From NCBI GenBank assembly GCA_963777315.1, contig CAVZQC010000004.1:288001-352000 (forward strand): a DNA stretch of 64,000 bases, in the 5' to 3' direction. A program made the translations under genes and the position numbers. The notes below the pieces were generated by a model. That model was not told the DNA's origin, did not search any database, and was given only the letters and a program-made list of their open reading frames with translations. Shown in pieces: positions 54,698 to 64,000 of the stretch; the first letter of the stretch is position 1, and each line of letters starts with the position of its first letter. The stretch comes from Vulcanimicrobiota bacterium. Its GTDB lineage: Bacteria > Vulcanimicrobiota > Vulcanimicrobiia > Vulcanimicrobiales > Vulcanimicrobiaceae.

Positions 54698-55825
54698 GTG
54701 CCGGACCGATCCTTTCTGAACTGGCCGTTTTTTGAGGGATCGCACCGTGATTTCGCGCAAGCGTTTGGTGCGTGGCTGCGTGCGCAGCCCGTCGGCGACG
54801 AACGCGATGCGGATAACGCGTGTAAAGACTGGGTTCGCCGGCTCGCCGCCGGCCAATGGCTGCAAGCGTGCCTGAAGCTGGACGTGCGCACGCTGTGCTT
54901 GGCGCGCGAGATGCTGGCGTACCATGATTCCCTAGGCGACTTTGCGTTCGCGATGCAAGGCTTAGGCAGCGCTCCGATCAGCTTGTTCGGAACGCCCGAA
55001 CAAAAGCGCGAATTTCTGCCCGGCGTAACCTCGGGCGATGCAATCATGGCGTTCGCGCTTTCGGAACGGGAGGCGGGTTCGGACGTTGCGGCAACCGCCA
55101 CGTCCGCGCGCGTCGAAGGCGACTCCTACGTGCTCGACGGTGAAAAAACGTGGATCAGCAATGCCGGCATCGCAAGCGTATACGTGGTTTTCGCTCGAAC
55201 GGGCGAAGCAGGCACGCGCGGGCTGAGCGCATTCATCGTACCGGCGAAAACACCCGGAATCGCCACGGATCGGCGAATAGAGACGATCTCCCCGCATCCA
55301 CTGGGAGTGGTGCGGCTCGAACGATGCCGTATTTCGACTCGGTATCGCTTGGGCGACGAAGGGCAAGGCTTCAAAATTGCCATGGCGACGCTGGACGTTT
55401 TTCGCTCGACCGTCGGAGCGGCGGCCGTTGGATTCGCGCGGCGCGCGCTGGACGAAGCCACGGCGCACTCCAAAGAGCGCCGCGTATTCGGCGGCCCACT
55501 CTCTGCGCTGCAGATGACGATGGGGCGCCTAGCCGGTATGGCCACCCGCATCGATGCCAGCGCCCTGCTGGTGTACCGGGCTGCCTACGCCAAAGACTCC
55601 GGCGCGCAGCGCGTTACGCGCGAAGCCGCAATGGCAAAATGGTACGCAACCGAAAGTGCGTCGCGCGTCGCCGACGATGCCGTGCAGCTGTTCGGCGGAC
55701 GCGGCGTGAGCCGCGGAGAGATCGTCGAACGGATTTACCGCGACGTGCGTGCGCTGCGAATTTACGAAGGAGCCAGTGAAATCCAGCAGCTCGTCATCGC
55801 CCGGTCCGTTTTGGAGGATCGCTGA
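54698..55825 (+). CDS. Acyl-CoA dehydrogenase (abm cluster)
   Basis: [44 protein letters not shown]. Confidence 0.92.
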   Translation: MPDRSFLNWPFFEGSHRDFAQAFGAWLRAQPVGDERDADNACKDWVRRLAAGQWLQACLKLDVRTLCLAREMLAYHDSLGDFAFAMQGLGSAPISLFGTPEQKREFLPGVTSGDAIMAFALSEREAGSDVAATATSARVEGDSYVLDGEKTWISNAGIASVYVVFARTGEAGTRGLSAFIVPAKTPGIATDRRIETISPHPLGVVRLERCRISTRYRLGDEGQGFKIAMATLDVFRSTVGAAAVGFARRALDEATAHSKERRVFGGPLSALQMTMGRLAGMATRIDASALLVYRAAYAKDSGAQRVTREAAMAKWYATESASRVADDAVQLFGGRGVSRGEIVERIYRDVRALRIYEGASEIQQLVIARSVLEDR

Positions 55826-57468
55826 TGCGCGGGAGCGCCCATGTCGATACGTTCGTTTCGGATAACTTGCCGCCGCGCGAGCGATGGCCCGATTTGGTGT
55901 TTGCACTTCCCGAATTGCAATATCCCGAACGCATCAACTGCGCGGCGCGACTGCTGGACCGGCACGTGCTCGAAGGGTTCGGCAAGCGCCGCTGCATTCT
56001 CGCTCCGGCCGCAAGCGGCTCCGAACAGGCCGTTACGTGGACGTACGAGGATCTCTTCAGGCGAGCCAATCGCATCGCGCGCGTGCTGGCCGAAGATCTG
56101 GGAGTGGTTCCCGGCAATCGGGTGCTGCTGCGCGGGTTTAACTCCCCGATGCTCGCGGCGTGCTGGCTGGCCGTGATGAAAGCCGGCGCGGTCGCCGTGA
56201 CGGCGATGCCGCTGTACCGGGAAACGGAACTGCGCGTCATCGCGAACAAGGCTCGAGTACAGTACGCTTTGTGCGACGTACGGCTGGCCGAAGACTGGAA
56301 TGCGGCAGCCGGGCTGCGCGCCGGTATCCGTACGCTGTGTTTCGGGGATGACGAACTCGAAGAGCGCATGCGGCCCAAAGCCCAGACGTTTCGCAACGTC
56401 GACACGCTGGCGGAGGATCCGGCCATGATCGCGTTCACGTCCGGCACCACCGGAAAACCCAAAGCCGCCGTCCATTTTCATCGCGACGTCATGGCGATCT
56501 GCGATACGTACGCAACGCACGTGCTGCGCGCGCGCGCGGACGATCTCTTCATCGGAAGTCCGCCGCTGGGATTTACGTTCGGACTGGGCGGCATACTGCT
56601 GTTTCCGCTGCATGTGGGCGCCGCAACTCTGCTGCTGGAGAAAGCCCCGGCGGAATCGCTGCTGCAGGCCGTTCAAGCACACGGCGTCAACGTCGTGTTT
56701 ACCGCGCCCATCGCGTATCGCGCGATGTCGGAAATGCTGGGCAAATACGACGTGTCCTCGCTGCGCATCTGCGTTTCGGCGGGCGAAACGCTGCCGTTGC
56801 CGGTTTGGCAGACGTGGTACGATCGCACCGGACTGAAAATATTGGACGGCATCGGAAGCACCGAGATGCTGCACATTTTCATCGGCTCGCCCGAGCCGGA
56901 GGCAATCGGCGGTGCGACCGGCCGCGCCGTTCCCGGCTACCACGCCGAGATTCACGATGCGAACGGTAAACCGTTGCCGCCCAATAGCGTTGGGCGCTTG
57001 GCGGTCAAAGGCCCGACCGGATGCCGGTACCTGGACGACGACCGGCAAACGGCCTACGTGCAAAACGGCTGGAACTATCCCGGCGACGCATACCTCATGG
57101 ATGAAGCCGGGTACTTCCGGTACGTCGCGCGCACCGACGACATGATCGTCTCCGCCGGCTACAACATCTCGGGACCGGAAGTGGAACAGGTGCTGCTCGC
57201 GCACAGTGACGTCAAGGAATGTGCGGTCGTGGCGAAACCGGATCCGGCGCACCACACGAACATCGTCAAAGCGTACGTGGTGCTGGCGTCGGGGATCCAA
57301 AACGATACCGGAAAAGCCGCCGAGTTGCAGGAATTCGTGCGCGCGCGGATCGCTCCGTTCAAGGCTCCGCGCGAAGTCGAATTCCTCAGCGAACTGCCGC
57401 GCACCGAAACCGGCAAAGTCCAACGCTTTCGCTTGCGCGAAAAGGCGGTCGCCGAAGCGTCAGGCTGA
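55825..57468 (+). CDS. abmG: 2-aminobenzoate/benzoate-CoA ligase
   Basis: SAHVDTF...NLPP, FTSGTTGKPK, FTFGLGG, DGIGSTEMLHIF, GPTGCRY, TGKVQRF. Confidence 0.85.
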   Translation: MRGSAHVDTFVSDNLPPRERWPDLVFALPELQYPERINCAARLLDRHVLEGFGKRRCILAPAASGSEQAVTWTYEDLFRRANRIARVLAEDLGVVPGNRVLLRGFNSPMLAACWLAVMKAGAVAVTAMPLYRETELRVIANKARVQYALCDVRLAEDWNAAAGLRAGIRTLCFGDDELEERMRPKAQTFRNVDTLAEDPAMIAFTSGTTGKPKAAVHFHRDVMAICDTYATHVLRARADDLFIGSPPLGFTFGLGGILLFPLHVGAATLLLEKAPAESLLQAVQAHGVNVVFTAPIAYRAMSEMLGKYDVSSLRICVSAGETLPLPVWQTWYDRTGLKILDGIGSTEMLHIFIGSPEPEAIGGATGRAVPGYHAEIHDANGKPLPPNSVGRLAVKGPTGCRYLDDDRQTAYVQNGWNYPGDAYLMDEAGYFRYVARTDDMIVSAGYNISGPEVEQVLLAHSDVKECAVVAKPDPAHHTNIVKAYVVLASGIQNDTGKAAELQEFVRARIAPFKAPREVEFLSELPRTETGKVQRFRLREKAVAEASG

Positions 57469-57870
57469 TTCGGGATTGACGGCGGTTGCCTCGATCTCGA
57501 CTTTAGCGCGATCTTCGAGCAGCTCGGCGACCTGCACCAACGTCATGGCCGGATAATGCTCGCCGACGATGCGGCGATACGCCTGCCCTATTCGCTCGGC
57601 GGCCGCCAGGTATTCGCGTTTGTCGGTCACGTACCAGGTCATGCGCACGATGTGCTCGGGTTTTGCGCCTGCGGCCTGCAGCACCGAAGCGACGTTGGCA
57701 AGCGCGAGTGCGGCTTGCTCGGCGAGATCGTCCGAAACGATCTCGCCCCGCTCGTTCCAGCCGATTTGCCCGGCGACAAAGACGATTTCACCGCGAGCGA
57801 CGATGCCGTTGCTGTAGCCGCGTGGACGGGCCCATCCCTGCGGCTGCACGACGCGCGGCGCGTTGCTCAT
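57460..57870 (-). CDS. RidA family protein
   Basis: QPQGWARPRGYSNG, AGQIGW, YPAMTLVQV, KVEIEATAV. Confidence 0.92.
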   Translation of the reverse strand: MSNAPRVVQPQGWARPRGYSNGIVARGEIVFVAGQIGWNERGEIVSDDLAEQAALALANVASVLQAAGAKPEHIVRMTWYVTDKREYLAAAERIGQAYRRIVGEHYPAMTLVQVAELLEDRAKVEIEATAVNPESA

Positions 57871-59372
57871 GCGTAGTCCGCGGCGGTGGTCAAATCCGTC
57901 CCGCGATCCGCCTTAGCGGCGTTCAACACGCAAGTAAGAACGATCGTCACCGCGAGGTTGACGATTAGCGAATAGAACACGATGGCTCCCGCGACCGTCC
58001 CCGTGCCTACGGGCACGACGTAGACCGATGAAAAGCCGGTCGTGACCACCATCCATGTCGCTGCGGCCATCCCGCAGATCCATCCGGCAAGCAGCGCCGC
58101 GGGGTGAAACCAGCGCGTGTAGAGGCCCAAGACCGCAGCGGGAAAGATCTGCAGTATCCACGCACCGCCGAGCAGCTGAAAGTCGATGGCAAAAGCCGGC
58201 TTGACGAACACGGCGATGCAAAAGGCACCCGCAAGCACGCCCAGGGAAACGTAGCGCGCCGTAGCGAGTTCCGAAGACGAGCGCTGTTGCCGCGCGCGAA
58301 ACGATTGCAGGATGTTGCTGGCGAATAGGTTGGCCGCGCCTATCGCCATGATCGCCGCCGGCACCAGCGCGCCGATGACGATTGCCGCAAAGGCGATGCC
58401 GGCGAACCAGTCGGGAAAATAACGCGCGAAGAGCTCGGGTACGGCCGCATTGGCGTTCTTGATCGTAAGGTGAGCCGCCAAAGCGCAATATCCCAGCAGC
58501 GCAATGAACGTGAGCAGCACGCTGTACAGCGGCAGCAGCGCGCAATTGCGGCGAATCACGTCCGCGCTCTTGGCGCTCAGCACGCTGGTTACCGAGTGCG
58601 GATAGATGAAGAGCGCGAGCGCCGAGCCGAATGCCAAGCTCGCGTATGCGAAATAGCTCTTCGGCGCTAGAATGATGCCTCCGGCTTTCGGTTTCGACGC
58701 AAGCGCGTGCTGCGCTGCGTCGAAGATGTGATGCCAGCCGCCCAGTTTGGCCGGAACGATCGCCAGCGCCACGGCAACGGTCAGATAGATCAAGCCGTCC
58801 TTGGCAAAGGCGATCATCGCGGGCGCGCGCAATCCGCTCGTGAACGTATAGCCGGCCAGCAAGACGAACGCGGCGACCAGAAAAAGCAGGGCGGATTGAT
58901 GCGTGAAGGCGATGCCGGTGCGTTCCAGCACCGCCTGCATGCCGATGAGCTGCAGGGCGATATACGGCAGCGTCGCGGCGACGCCCGTGAGCGCTACTGC
59001 CGCTTCCAGCGATCGGCTTCCGTAGCGGTCGTGCACGAAATCGGCGGTCGTTACGTACCCACGCCGCTTGGCAACGGTCCAAAAGCGCGCCATGATGAGG
59101 AATACCAGCGGGTACGTAATGGTCGTGTACGGCACGGCGAAGAACGCAATCGCGCCCGCCCCGAACGCTAGCGCAGGCACGGCGATGAACGTGTACGCGG
59201 TGTACAGATCGCCGCCCAGCAAAAACCAGGAAACGACCGTGCCGAAACGCCGTCCGCCCAGCGCCCATTCGTCCAACGTATTCAATCGCGCGCCGCTCCA
59301 GCGCGCCGCCAGGAACCCCATGACCGTAACGCCGAGCACCAGCGCAACGAACAGCGCAGTGCCGCTACTCAT
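57867..59372 (-). CDS. Sodium:solute symporter, MctP-like monocarboxylate permease
   Basis: WALGGRRFG...WFLLGGDLYTAYTFIAVPA, ATLPYIALQL. Confidence 0.9.
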   Translation of the reverse strand: MSSGTALFVALVLGVTVMGFLAARWSGARLNTLDEWALGGRRFGTVVSWFLLGGDLYTAYTFIAVPALAFGAGAIAFFAVPYTTITYPLVFLIMARFWTVAKRRGYVTTADFVHDRYGSRSLEAAVALTGVAATLPYIALQLIGMQAVLERTGIAFTHQSALLFLVAAFVLLAGYTFTSGLRAPAMIAFAKDGLIYLTVAVALAIVPAKLGGWHHIFDAAQHALASKPKAGGIILAPKSYFAYASLAFGSALALFIYPHSVTSVLSAKSADVIRRNCALLPLYSVLLTFIALLGYCALAAHLTIKNANAAVPELFARYFPDWFAGIAFAAIVIGALVPAAIMAIGAANLFASNILQSFRARQQRSSSELATARYVSLGVLAGAFCIAVFVKPAFAIDFQLLGGAWILQIFPAAVLGLYTRWFHPAALLAGWICGMAAATWMVVTTGFSSVYVVPVGTGTVAGAIVFYSLIVNLAVTIVLTCVLNAAKADRGTDLTTAADYA

Positions 59373-59559
59373 GCCGCGGTTCCCGCGTCATCCCATAGAC
59401 GAACCACACGATCAGCGCAGAAATGCCGATCCACACCAGCTGATACCAGTAAAAGAACGGAAACCCGAACAGGTCGGGCGCGCGACGCGCGTAAAACGGC
59501 GGCACCAGCGTGGCGACGAACGGAACGACGAGCAGACCGTAGTACAGACGCTTGCGCAC
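59365..59559 (-). CDS. DUF3311-type accessory membrane protein
   Basis: VPPFYARRAPDLFGFPFFYWYQLVW. Confidence 0.88.
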   Translation of the reverse strand: MRKRLYYGLLVVPFVATLVPPFYARRAPDLFGFPFFYWYQLVWIGISALIVWFVYGMTREPRHE

Positions 59560-59577
59560 GCGGGCGACGTTCGCCGG

Positions 59578-60513
59578 CTACCGTTCCAGGCCTTGCACGC
59601 GCTGCGCCCACATCGAGGCCAGTGAAACCTTACCCAGGGTCTGCGCGATCGTCATGCCCAGTATGCAGATCGCCGCGCCTGCGATTTGGTGCGGTTCGAT
59701 GCGAGTATGTAGTAGCGCAACGCTCAGCAGTCCGGCAAGCACCGGAACGCCGAACTGAAATAACGACGTTCGGCCCGCTCCCAGCTGCGAGATGCCGTAG
59801 CTCCACACCGGATACGTCAGCACGATCGGAAACACGACGGCATACGCGAATATGCCCCAATCCAGCGGCGTCACGCGCGCCCAATCCTGATGCAGCATCT
59901 CCGGAATCGCACCAGGCAAAATCATCACGGTGCCCAGCGTCAAAGCGATGACGACCAGCGAAACGGGCGTGTAGCGATCCAAGAGGCGCCCGGTAAAAAC
60001 GTTGAAGAGCGCGAAAACCGCCGCGGATGCCAGCGTTAGCGCATCTCCGATGCGAAAAGTCGCGTGCCCGGCGAACGCGCCTTCGAAGACCGCTACGCCC
60101 GTAAGAGCGATCGCCGCGCCAGCCCATCTTCCGCTGCGCACTCGCTCGCGTCCGCCCAATGCAACGAAGGCGAGCGTCAACACCGGGGCAAGCGTGGCGA
60201 GGAGCGCCGAGGCAAACGCCGTCGTATGCGCGAGACCGACTACCCAAAGGTATTGAAACACGCCGTAACCGCACGCTCCGCACGCGAGCAAAAGCGGAAT
60301 ATCGCGCCGCGCCACGACGATCCGTTCGCCCCGCGCCCGAGCCAAAAGAAACGCCAGCGGCGCCATCGCCAAGAACCGCAGTCCGGTAAACGCGAGCGGG
60401 TTCCACGTGGCCAGCGCGTACTTGACGGCAACGGTGTTGAACGCCCAGACCGCAACGACGTAAACCAACCCGAGATAGACGATCCAACGCTGCGATCTCA
60501 CAGGTCCGGTCAT
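59578..60513 (-). CDS. DMT/EamA family transporter
   Basis: About 10 TM segments; LRF, APV, GDALTL and GAGRTS motifs. Confidence 0.88.
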   Translation of the reverse strand: MTGPVRSQRWIVYLGLVYVVAVWAFNTVAVKYALATWNPLAFTGLRFLAMAPLAFLLARARGERIVVARRDIPLLLACGACGYGVFQYLWVVGLAHTTAFASALLATLAPVLTLAFVALGGRERVRSGRWAGAAIALTGVAVFEGAFAGHATFRIGDALTLASAAVFALFNVFTGRLLDRYTPVSLVVIALTLGTVMILPGAIPEMLHQDWARVTPLDWGIFAYAVVFPIVLTYPVWSYGISQLGAGRTSLFQFGVPVLAGLLSVALLHTRIEPHQIAGAAICILGMTIAQTLGKVSLASMWAQRVQGLER

Positions 60514-60543
60514 ACCCGGCGTACGGGAATCTAGTCTACGGTT

Positions 60544-61296
60544 CTACGGCGACCACCCGGATGCGCCGCCGGCGCTCGATGAGTACGACGACGTGCGCCA
60601 GGAGCTGCCGTCGGTGCACGCGTTCGTATTGCGATTGCGATATGCCGCCCGTACGACGGTGTCGTCGGACACGCCGGCTGCAGGCGCGGCGCACGGATCG
60701 ACGCTTAGCGGCGCGATGCCCGCGTCGTCGCCGGGCGCGCGGCCGGGAAGAACTTGCGCGAACGATCCGTCTCGGGCTCCGGCAAGAACCACGTACGGCG
60801 GCGCGCGCAGCGTGCGTAGGATGACGTCGCCGGACCGCGTGGCCAAAACCGATCCGTCGGAGCCGGTGACCGTTACGGTGATGCGTGCGGTGATTCTGCC
60901 CTCTTGAACGTACGGGTTGGTTTGCTCGTTGGAAGCGCAGTTGCTCTGGGCCGGATCGCAGGTTGGCGAAGGCGCCGGCGTGGACGTTTGCGTGAGAGCG
61001 ATGCTTTCGGCGGTTTCATAGGAGCACGCAGGATCGACGCATGCGGGAGGAATCGGAGTGAACGCGGGCAGCGGGCTGGGAAGCGCACCGCTCTGCAGAT
61101 CGGCTGACAGCGTCTGTTCCAGCGAGCCGGCCGCGCGCTGATATCCCGCGGTGACGTACGTCTGCGCCATCCGGTGAATGGTCGTGCGCGTCATCGCGAG
61201 CCCGGCCGAGACAAACGTTAGCGCGATAGCCGCGATCAGCGCGACGTAAAACAATGCGTTGACGAGCATTACGCTGCGGATGCGATCACGGCGCAC
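60544..61296 (-). CDS. Hypothetical PilX-like minor pilin
   Basis: N-terminal TM helix then Cys-containing extracellular domain; follows a prepilin-like gene. Confidence 0.5.
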   Translation of the reverse strand: MRRDRIRSVMLVNALFYVALIAAIALTFVSAGLAMTRTTIHRMAQTYVTAGYQRAAGSLEQTLSADLQSGALPSPLPAFTPIPPACVDPACSYETAESIALTQTSTPAPSPTCDPAQSNCASNEQTNPYVQEGRITARITVTVTGSDGSVLATRSGDVILRTLRAPPYVVLAGARDGSFAQVLPGRAPGDDAGIAPLSVDPCAAPAAGVSDDTVVRAAYRNRNTNACTDGSSWRTSSYSSSAGGASGWSP

Positions 61297-61771
61297 CGCC
61301 TGGCTGGGGGACGAGTGATGGATCGACCACGCTCGCGCCGGGCAGCGGCGCTTTGACGCGCACCTGTCCCTGCAGTGATATGCGTCCGGGATCTGCGGCG
61401 TGACCCGGGTCGGGCGTATACTGCACCGTCACCGTTAGCTGCGCACCTTGCGAGTCCGACTCGGAAATCGACGTCGTGACGCTCACGGGCGCCGAGGTCG
61501 CCGCAGCGCCCGGAACGTCGAGCGGCACGGTGGTTTGCCAATTACCCGACGGCGCCGCGCCGGGCGACCCATACTTCCAAACGTCTTGAGCAACGCGCAA
61601 CGTTTGTTCGGCCAGCAGTAACGATGCGGCGCGAACGGGGCCGGCCTGATGCGTAGAAAAACGTGAGAAAACGCCCATCGCCGAGATTAGCCCGCCGACG
61701 GCGACGCAGACGACCGCTGCGGTGATCAGCGTCTCGAGCAGAGTGAACGCAGCTTGGGCAGATTTGCTCAC
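61286..61771 (-). CDS. Prepilin-type N-terminal cleavage/methylation protein
   Basis: AQAA|FTLLETLITAAVVCVAV (Ala at -1, Glu at +5). Confidence 0.75.
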   Translation of the reverse strand: MSKSAQAAFTLLETLITAAVVCVAVGGLISAMGVFSRFSTHQAGPVRAASLLLAEQTLRVAQDVWKYGSPGAAPSGNWQTTVPLDVPGAAATSAPVSVTTSISESDSQGAQLTVTVQYTPDPGHAADPGRISLQGQVRVKAPLPGASVVDPSLVPQPGGAP

Positions 61772-62928
61772 ATGCCGGTTAGTGCCCGCGATCCGGGCTT
61801 TCGCGACAATAACCGGCGCACACGCTCTGCGGGAACCCGCAGCAAAGGCCGTTCAAACGCGTACGTCACTACCGTAGCCTGAACGATCGTGACGGCAAAC
61901 GCCACGACGGTGTAGGCAACCTGCCAATGCGGATCGGCATGCGGATCGGTTCCGATGTACGGCGGAATTTTCCAAGCCAGTAATCCGCGCGCGAACACTT
62001 GGTGGTACAAGTAGAGATTGTAGGAAATGACCGCAAAGAACAGCAGCACGGGATTGGCAACCAGACGCTGCCATCCGCGCAGCGCGAGCAGCGAGCCCAG
62101 CGCTATGCACGCGAATACGGCGCCGACTGCCGTGCGGTTGTGGATTTGCCAAACCGTCGACCATTCATCGGCGGTTCGCATCGCCCAAAGATTTTGCAGC
62201 AACAGGATCAGGCAGGCAAAACCGGCGATCGCCAGTGCCGTTGCGGCAATTTGCAGCAGCCGGCTCGAGCGATCGCGCCAGGCGACATACAAGTGCGCGG
62301 AGATCATTCCGAACGCAAACGTGTCCAGGTAGCCGGGCAGGTTGTCGATCAGCATCGGCGCGGTCGTGTGCAGGCAGCACGCCTGTGCGTGCGATCGAAA
62401 TACGAATGCCGCAACGATCATGACGCCGGCGGTCAGCCACGCGCTGCGGGAAAAACACCACCACAAAAGCGGGAAGACGGCGTAAAATTCGACCTCGACC
62501 GCCAGCGTCCAAAGTACCCCGTTGATGGCGCCGAACGTGTCGGGCCACCATGTGTGAACGAACAGCACGTGCGTGATGACGTCACGCGCCGCTTCACCGG
62601 GCGAAGCAAAATGCGCATAGCCCATCGCGATGACGACGACGATCGACAGCACGTACGAAGGGACGATCTTTCGCGCGCGCCGGTAGGCGAAGTGGCCCCA
62701 CGTGGGCGGCCGGTCTGCGTAGGCCAGTGCCTTGACGAAAGGATACGCGATGACGAAGCCGCTGATGTAGAAGAACAGATCGACGCCGACGAATCCGGTC
62801 TCCGGCACGAATTGGACCGCAGCAAACGGTGCGGGAAGCCACGAGATCTCCCAAACGTGATACCAAAGGACGAGCAGTATCGCGATTCCGCGTAGACCAT
62901 CTAAAACGCTCAGCCGCGTTTGCGCCAT
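61768..62928 (-). CDS. Acyltransferase_3 (OafA-like)
   Basis: LDGLRGIAILLV..YH, GVDLFFYISGF, WTLAVEVEFY, ISYNLYLYH. Confidence 0.92.
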   Translation of the reverse strand: MAQTRLSVLDGLRGIAILLVLWYHVWEISWLPAPFAAVQFVPETGFVGVDLFFYISGFVIAYPFVKALAYADRPPTWGHFAYRRARKIVPSYVLSIVVVIAMGYAHFASPGEAARDVITHVLFVHTWWPDTFGAINGVLWTLAVEVEFYAVFPLLWWCFSRSAWLTAGVMIVAAFVFRSHAQACCLHTTAPMLIDNLPGYLDTFAFGMISAHLYVAWRDRSSRLLQIAATALAIAGFACLILLLQNLWAMRTADEWSTVWQIHNRTAVGAVFACIALGSLLALRGWQRLVANPVLLFFAVISYNLYLYHQVFARGLLAWKIPPYIGTDPHADPHWQVAYTVVAFAVTIVQATVVTYAFERPLLRVPAERVRRLLSRKPGSRALTGM

Positions 62929-62981
62929 GGCGGCCTATTCGCCCGCGCCGAACGTGCGCCCGCTTACCACCTTACGCTCGT

Positions 62982-63010
62982 TTGACGCTGTTCACGCTCC
63001 TTGCTATACT
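62982..63010 (+). promoter_or_regulatory. Sigma70 promoter of the str operon
   Basis: TTGACG-17 nt-TATACT with extended TG. Confidence 0.8.
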
Positions 63011-63104
63011 CCCAAGGTTCGGTCCCACCAGCCGGTGTGGCCGACTTTGTGTGTGTCCGCAACTTGCATCTCTTTCTCACGTCGCTGCGTTGTAGGAGTT
63101 TGGT

Positions 63105-63545
63105 TTGCCAACGATCAGTCAGCTCGTTCGCACGGGCCGCCGGAAAGCCGAAAAAAAGGTCAAGACTCCGGCTTTTCGCGTGATCCAGACCGGGCCCAAA
63201 CCCGGGCATCCCGACTTGCCCTTGCGCACGTTCGAGGTGGCGGGCAATCCGCAGCGGCGCGGCGTGTGCACCCAAGTCAAGACCGTCACCCCGAAAAAGC
63301 CCAATTCGGCGCTTCGTAAAGTGGCGCGCGTTCGGCTGACCAACGGCGAAGAGGTGACGGCCTACATTCCGGGCATCGGCCACAACCTGCAAGAGCACTC
63401 GGTCGTGCTGGTGCGCGGAGGGCGCGTTAAGGATTTGCCCGGCGTGCGTTATCACATCGTCCGCGGAACGCTGGATACGTCCGGGACGGCGAACCGCAAA
63501 CAAGGCCGGTCGAAATACGGCGCAAAGCGCGCCGCCAAGAAATAG
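63105..63545 (+). CDS. rpsL: 30S ribosomal protein S12
   Basis: [34 protein letters not shown] start after AGGAG. Confidence 0.99.
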   Translation: MPTISQLVRTGRRKAEKKVKTPAFRVIQTGPKPGHPDLPLRTFEVAGNPQRRGVCTQVKTVTPKKPNSALRKVARVRLTNGEEVTAYIPGIGHNLQEHSVVLVRGGRVKDLPGVRYHIVRGTLDTSGTANRKQGRSKYGAKRAAKK

Positions 63546-63568
63546 CTCGAAGGAAAGTTTACAAGAAA

Positions 63569-64000
63569 TTGCCACGTAAAGGTCCAGCGCCCAAGCGCCA
63601 AATTCTGCCCGACCCGCGCTTCAACTCCAAAGTGTTGGCGCGCTTCATTAATAAGGTGATGCTGCAAGGCAAGAAATCGCTCGCCGAACAGATTACCTAT
63701 GGAGCGCTCGACATCGTCACCGAGAAAACCGGGCGCGACGCGATGGACGTCTTTTCGCAGGCGCTCAGCAACGCCATGCCGCTGGTCGAAGTGCGCCCTC
63801 GCCGGGTAGGCGGCGCCACGTACCAGGTCCCGATGGAAGTGCGGCCGGACCGGCGCCAGGCAATGGCCATGCGCTGGCTGATCGGTTTCGCGCGCTCGCG
63901 CGCCGGACGTTCGATGGAAGAGAAACTCGCCGCCGAGCTGATGGACGCGTCTAATAACCAGGGCGCAGCGATCAAAAAGCGCGAGGACACGCACAAGATG
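63569..64000 (+). CDS. rpsG: 30S ribosomal protein S7 (3'-truncated by the window edge)
   Basis: TTG 63569: [20 protein letters not shown]...[11 protein letters not shown]...[11 protein letters not shown]. Confidence 0.98.
   Translation, partial: MPRKGPAPKRQILPDPRFNSKVLARFINKVMLQGKKSLAEQITYGALDIVTEKTGRDAMDVFSQALSNAMPLVEVRPRRVGGATYQVPMEVRPDRRQAMAMRWLIGFARSRAGRSMEEKLAAELMDASNNQGAAIKKREDTHKM

Noticed and set aside
63105..63545. Streptomycin-resistance allele of rpsL
   Set aside because: TPKKPNS and RVKDLPG are wild type.
1..64000. CRISPR array, tRNA, rRNA or prophage
   Set aside because: No regularly spaced repeats, cloverleafs, rRNA signatures or phage genes seen by eye; repeats found are protein-level BNR/PD40 motifs.

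Overview
GC-rich bacterial chromosomal window ending in the start of the str operon (rpsL, partial rpsG). The gene style (MalT/LuxR and BTAD regulators, carboxypeptidase-domain TonB-type receptors, BNR/VPS10-repeat proteins, S12 with a long insertion) suggests Ca. Eremiobacterota/Vulcanimicrobiota; this is inference only. 1-34 kb: regulators, a two-component system, two TonB-type receptors, two BNR/VPS10 proteins, three S9 peptidases, an M20 hydrolase and a symporter. 33-40 kb: two head-to-head Rieske oxygenases with a SolA-like oxidase and a permease. 41.7-57.9 kb: an aerobic 2-aminobenzoyl-CoA (abm-like) cluster split by a lower-GC island holding a complete IS3 (disrupting a gene), an IS5 with a passenger gene nested in an IS3 relic, and a probable toxin-tip/immunity pair. 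Best novelty candidates: (1) a MalT-like LuxR regulator with a compositionally distinct C-terminal half, followed by an unannotated 25-aa signal-peptide-like ORF and an HD-GYP gene (possible peptide signalling cassette); (2) a TonB-type receptor with a duplicated Cys-containing domain after its barrel; (3) a standalone membrane protein with PmoC/AmoC-like metal motifs. Several genes carry single +1 frameshifts, probably sequencing errors. No rRNA, tRNA or CRISPR array was seen.
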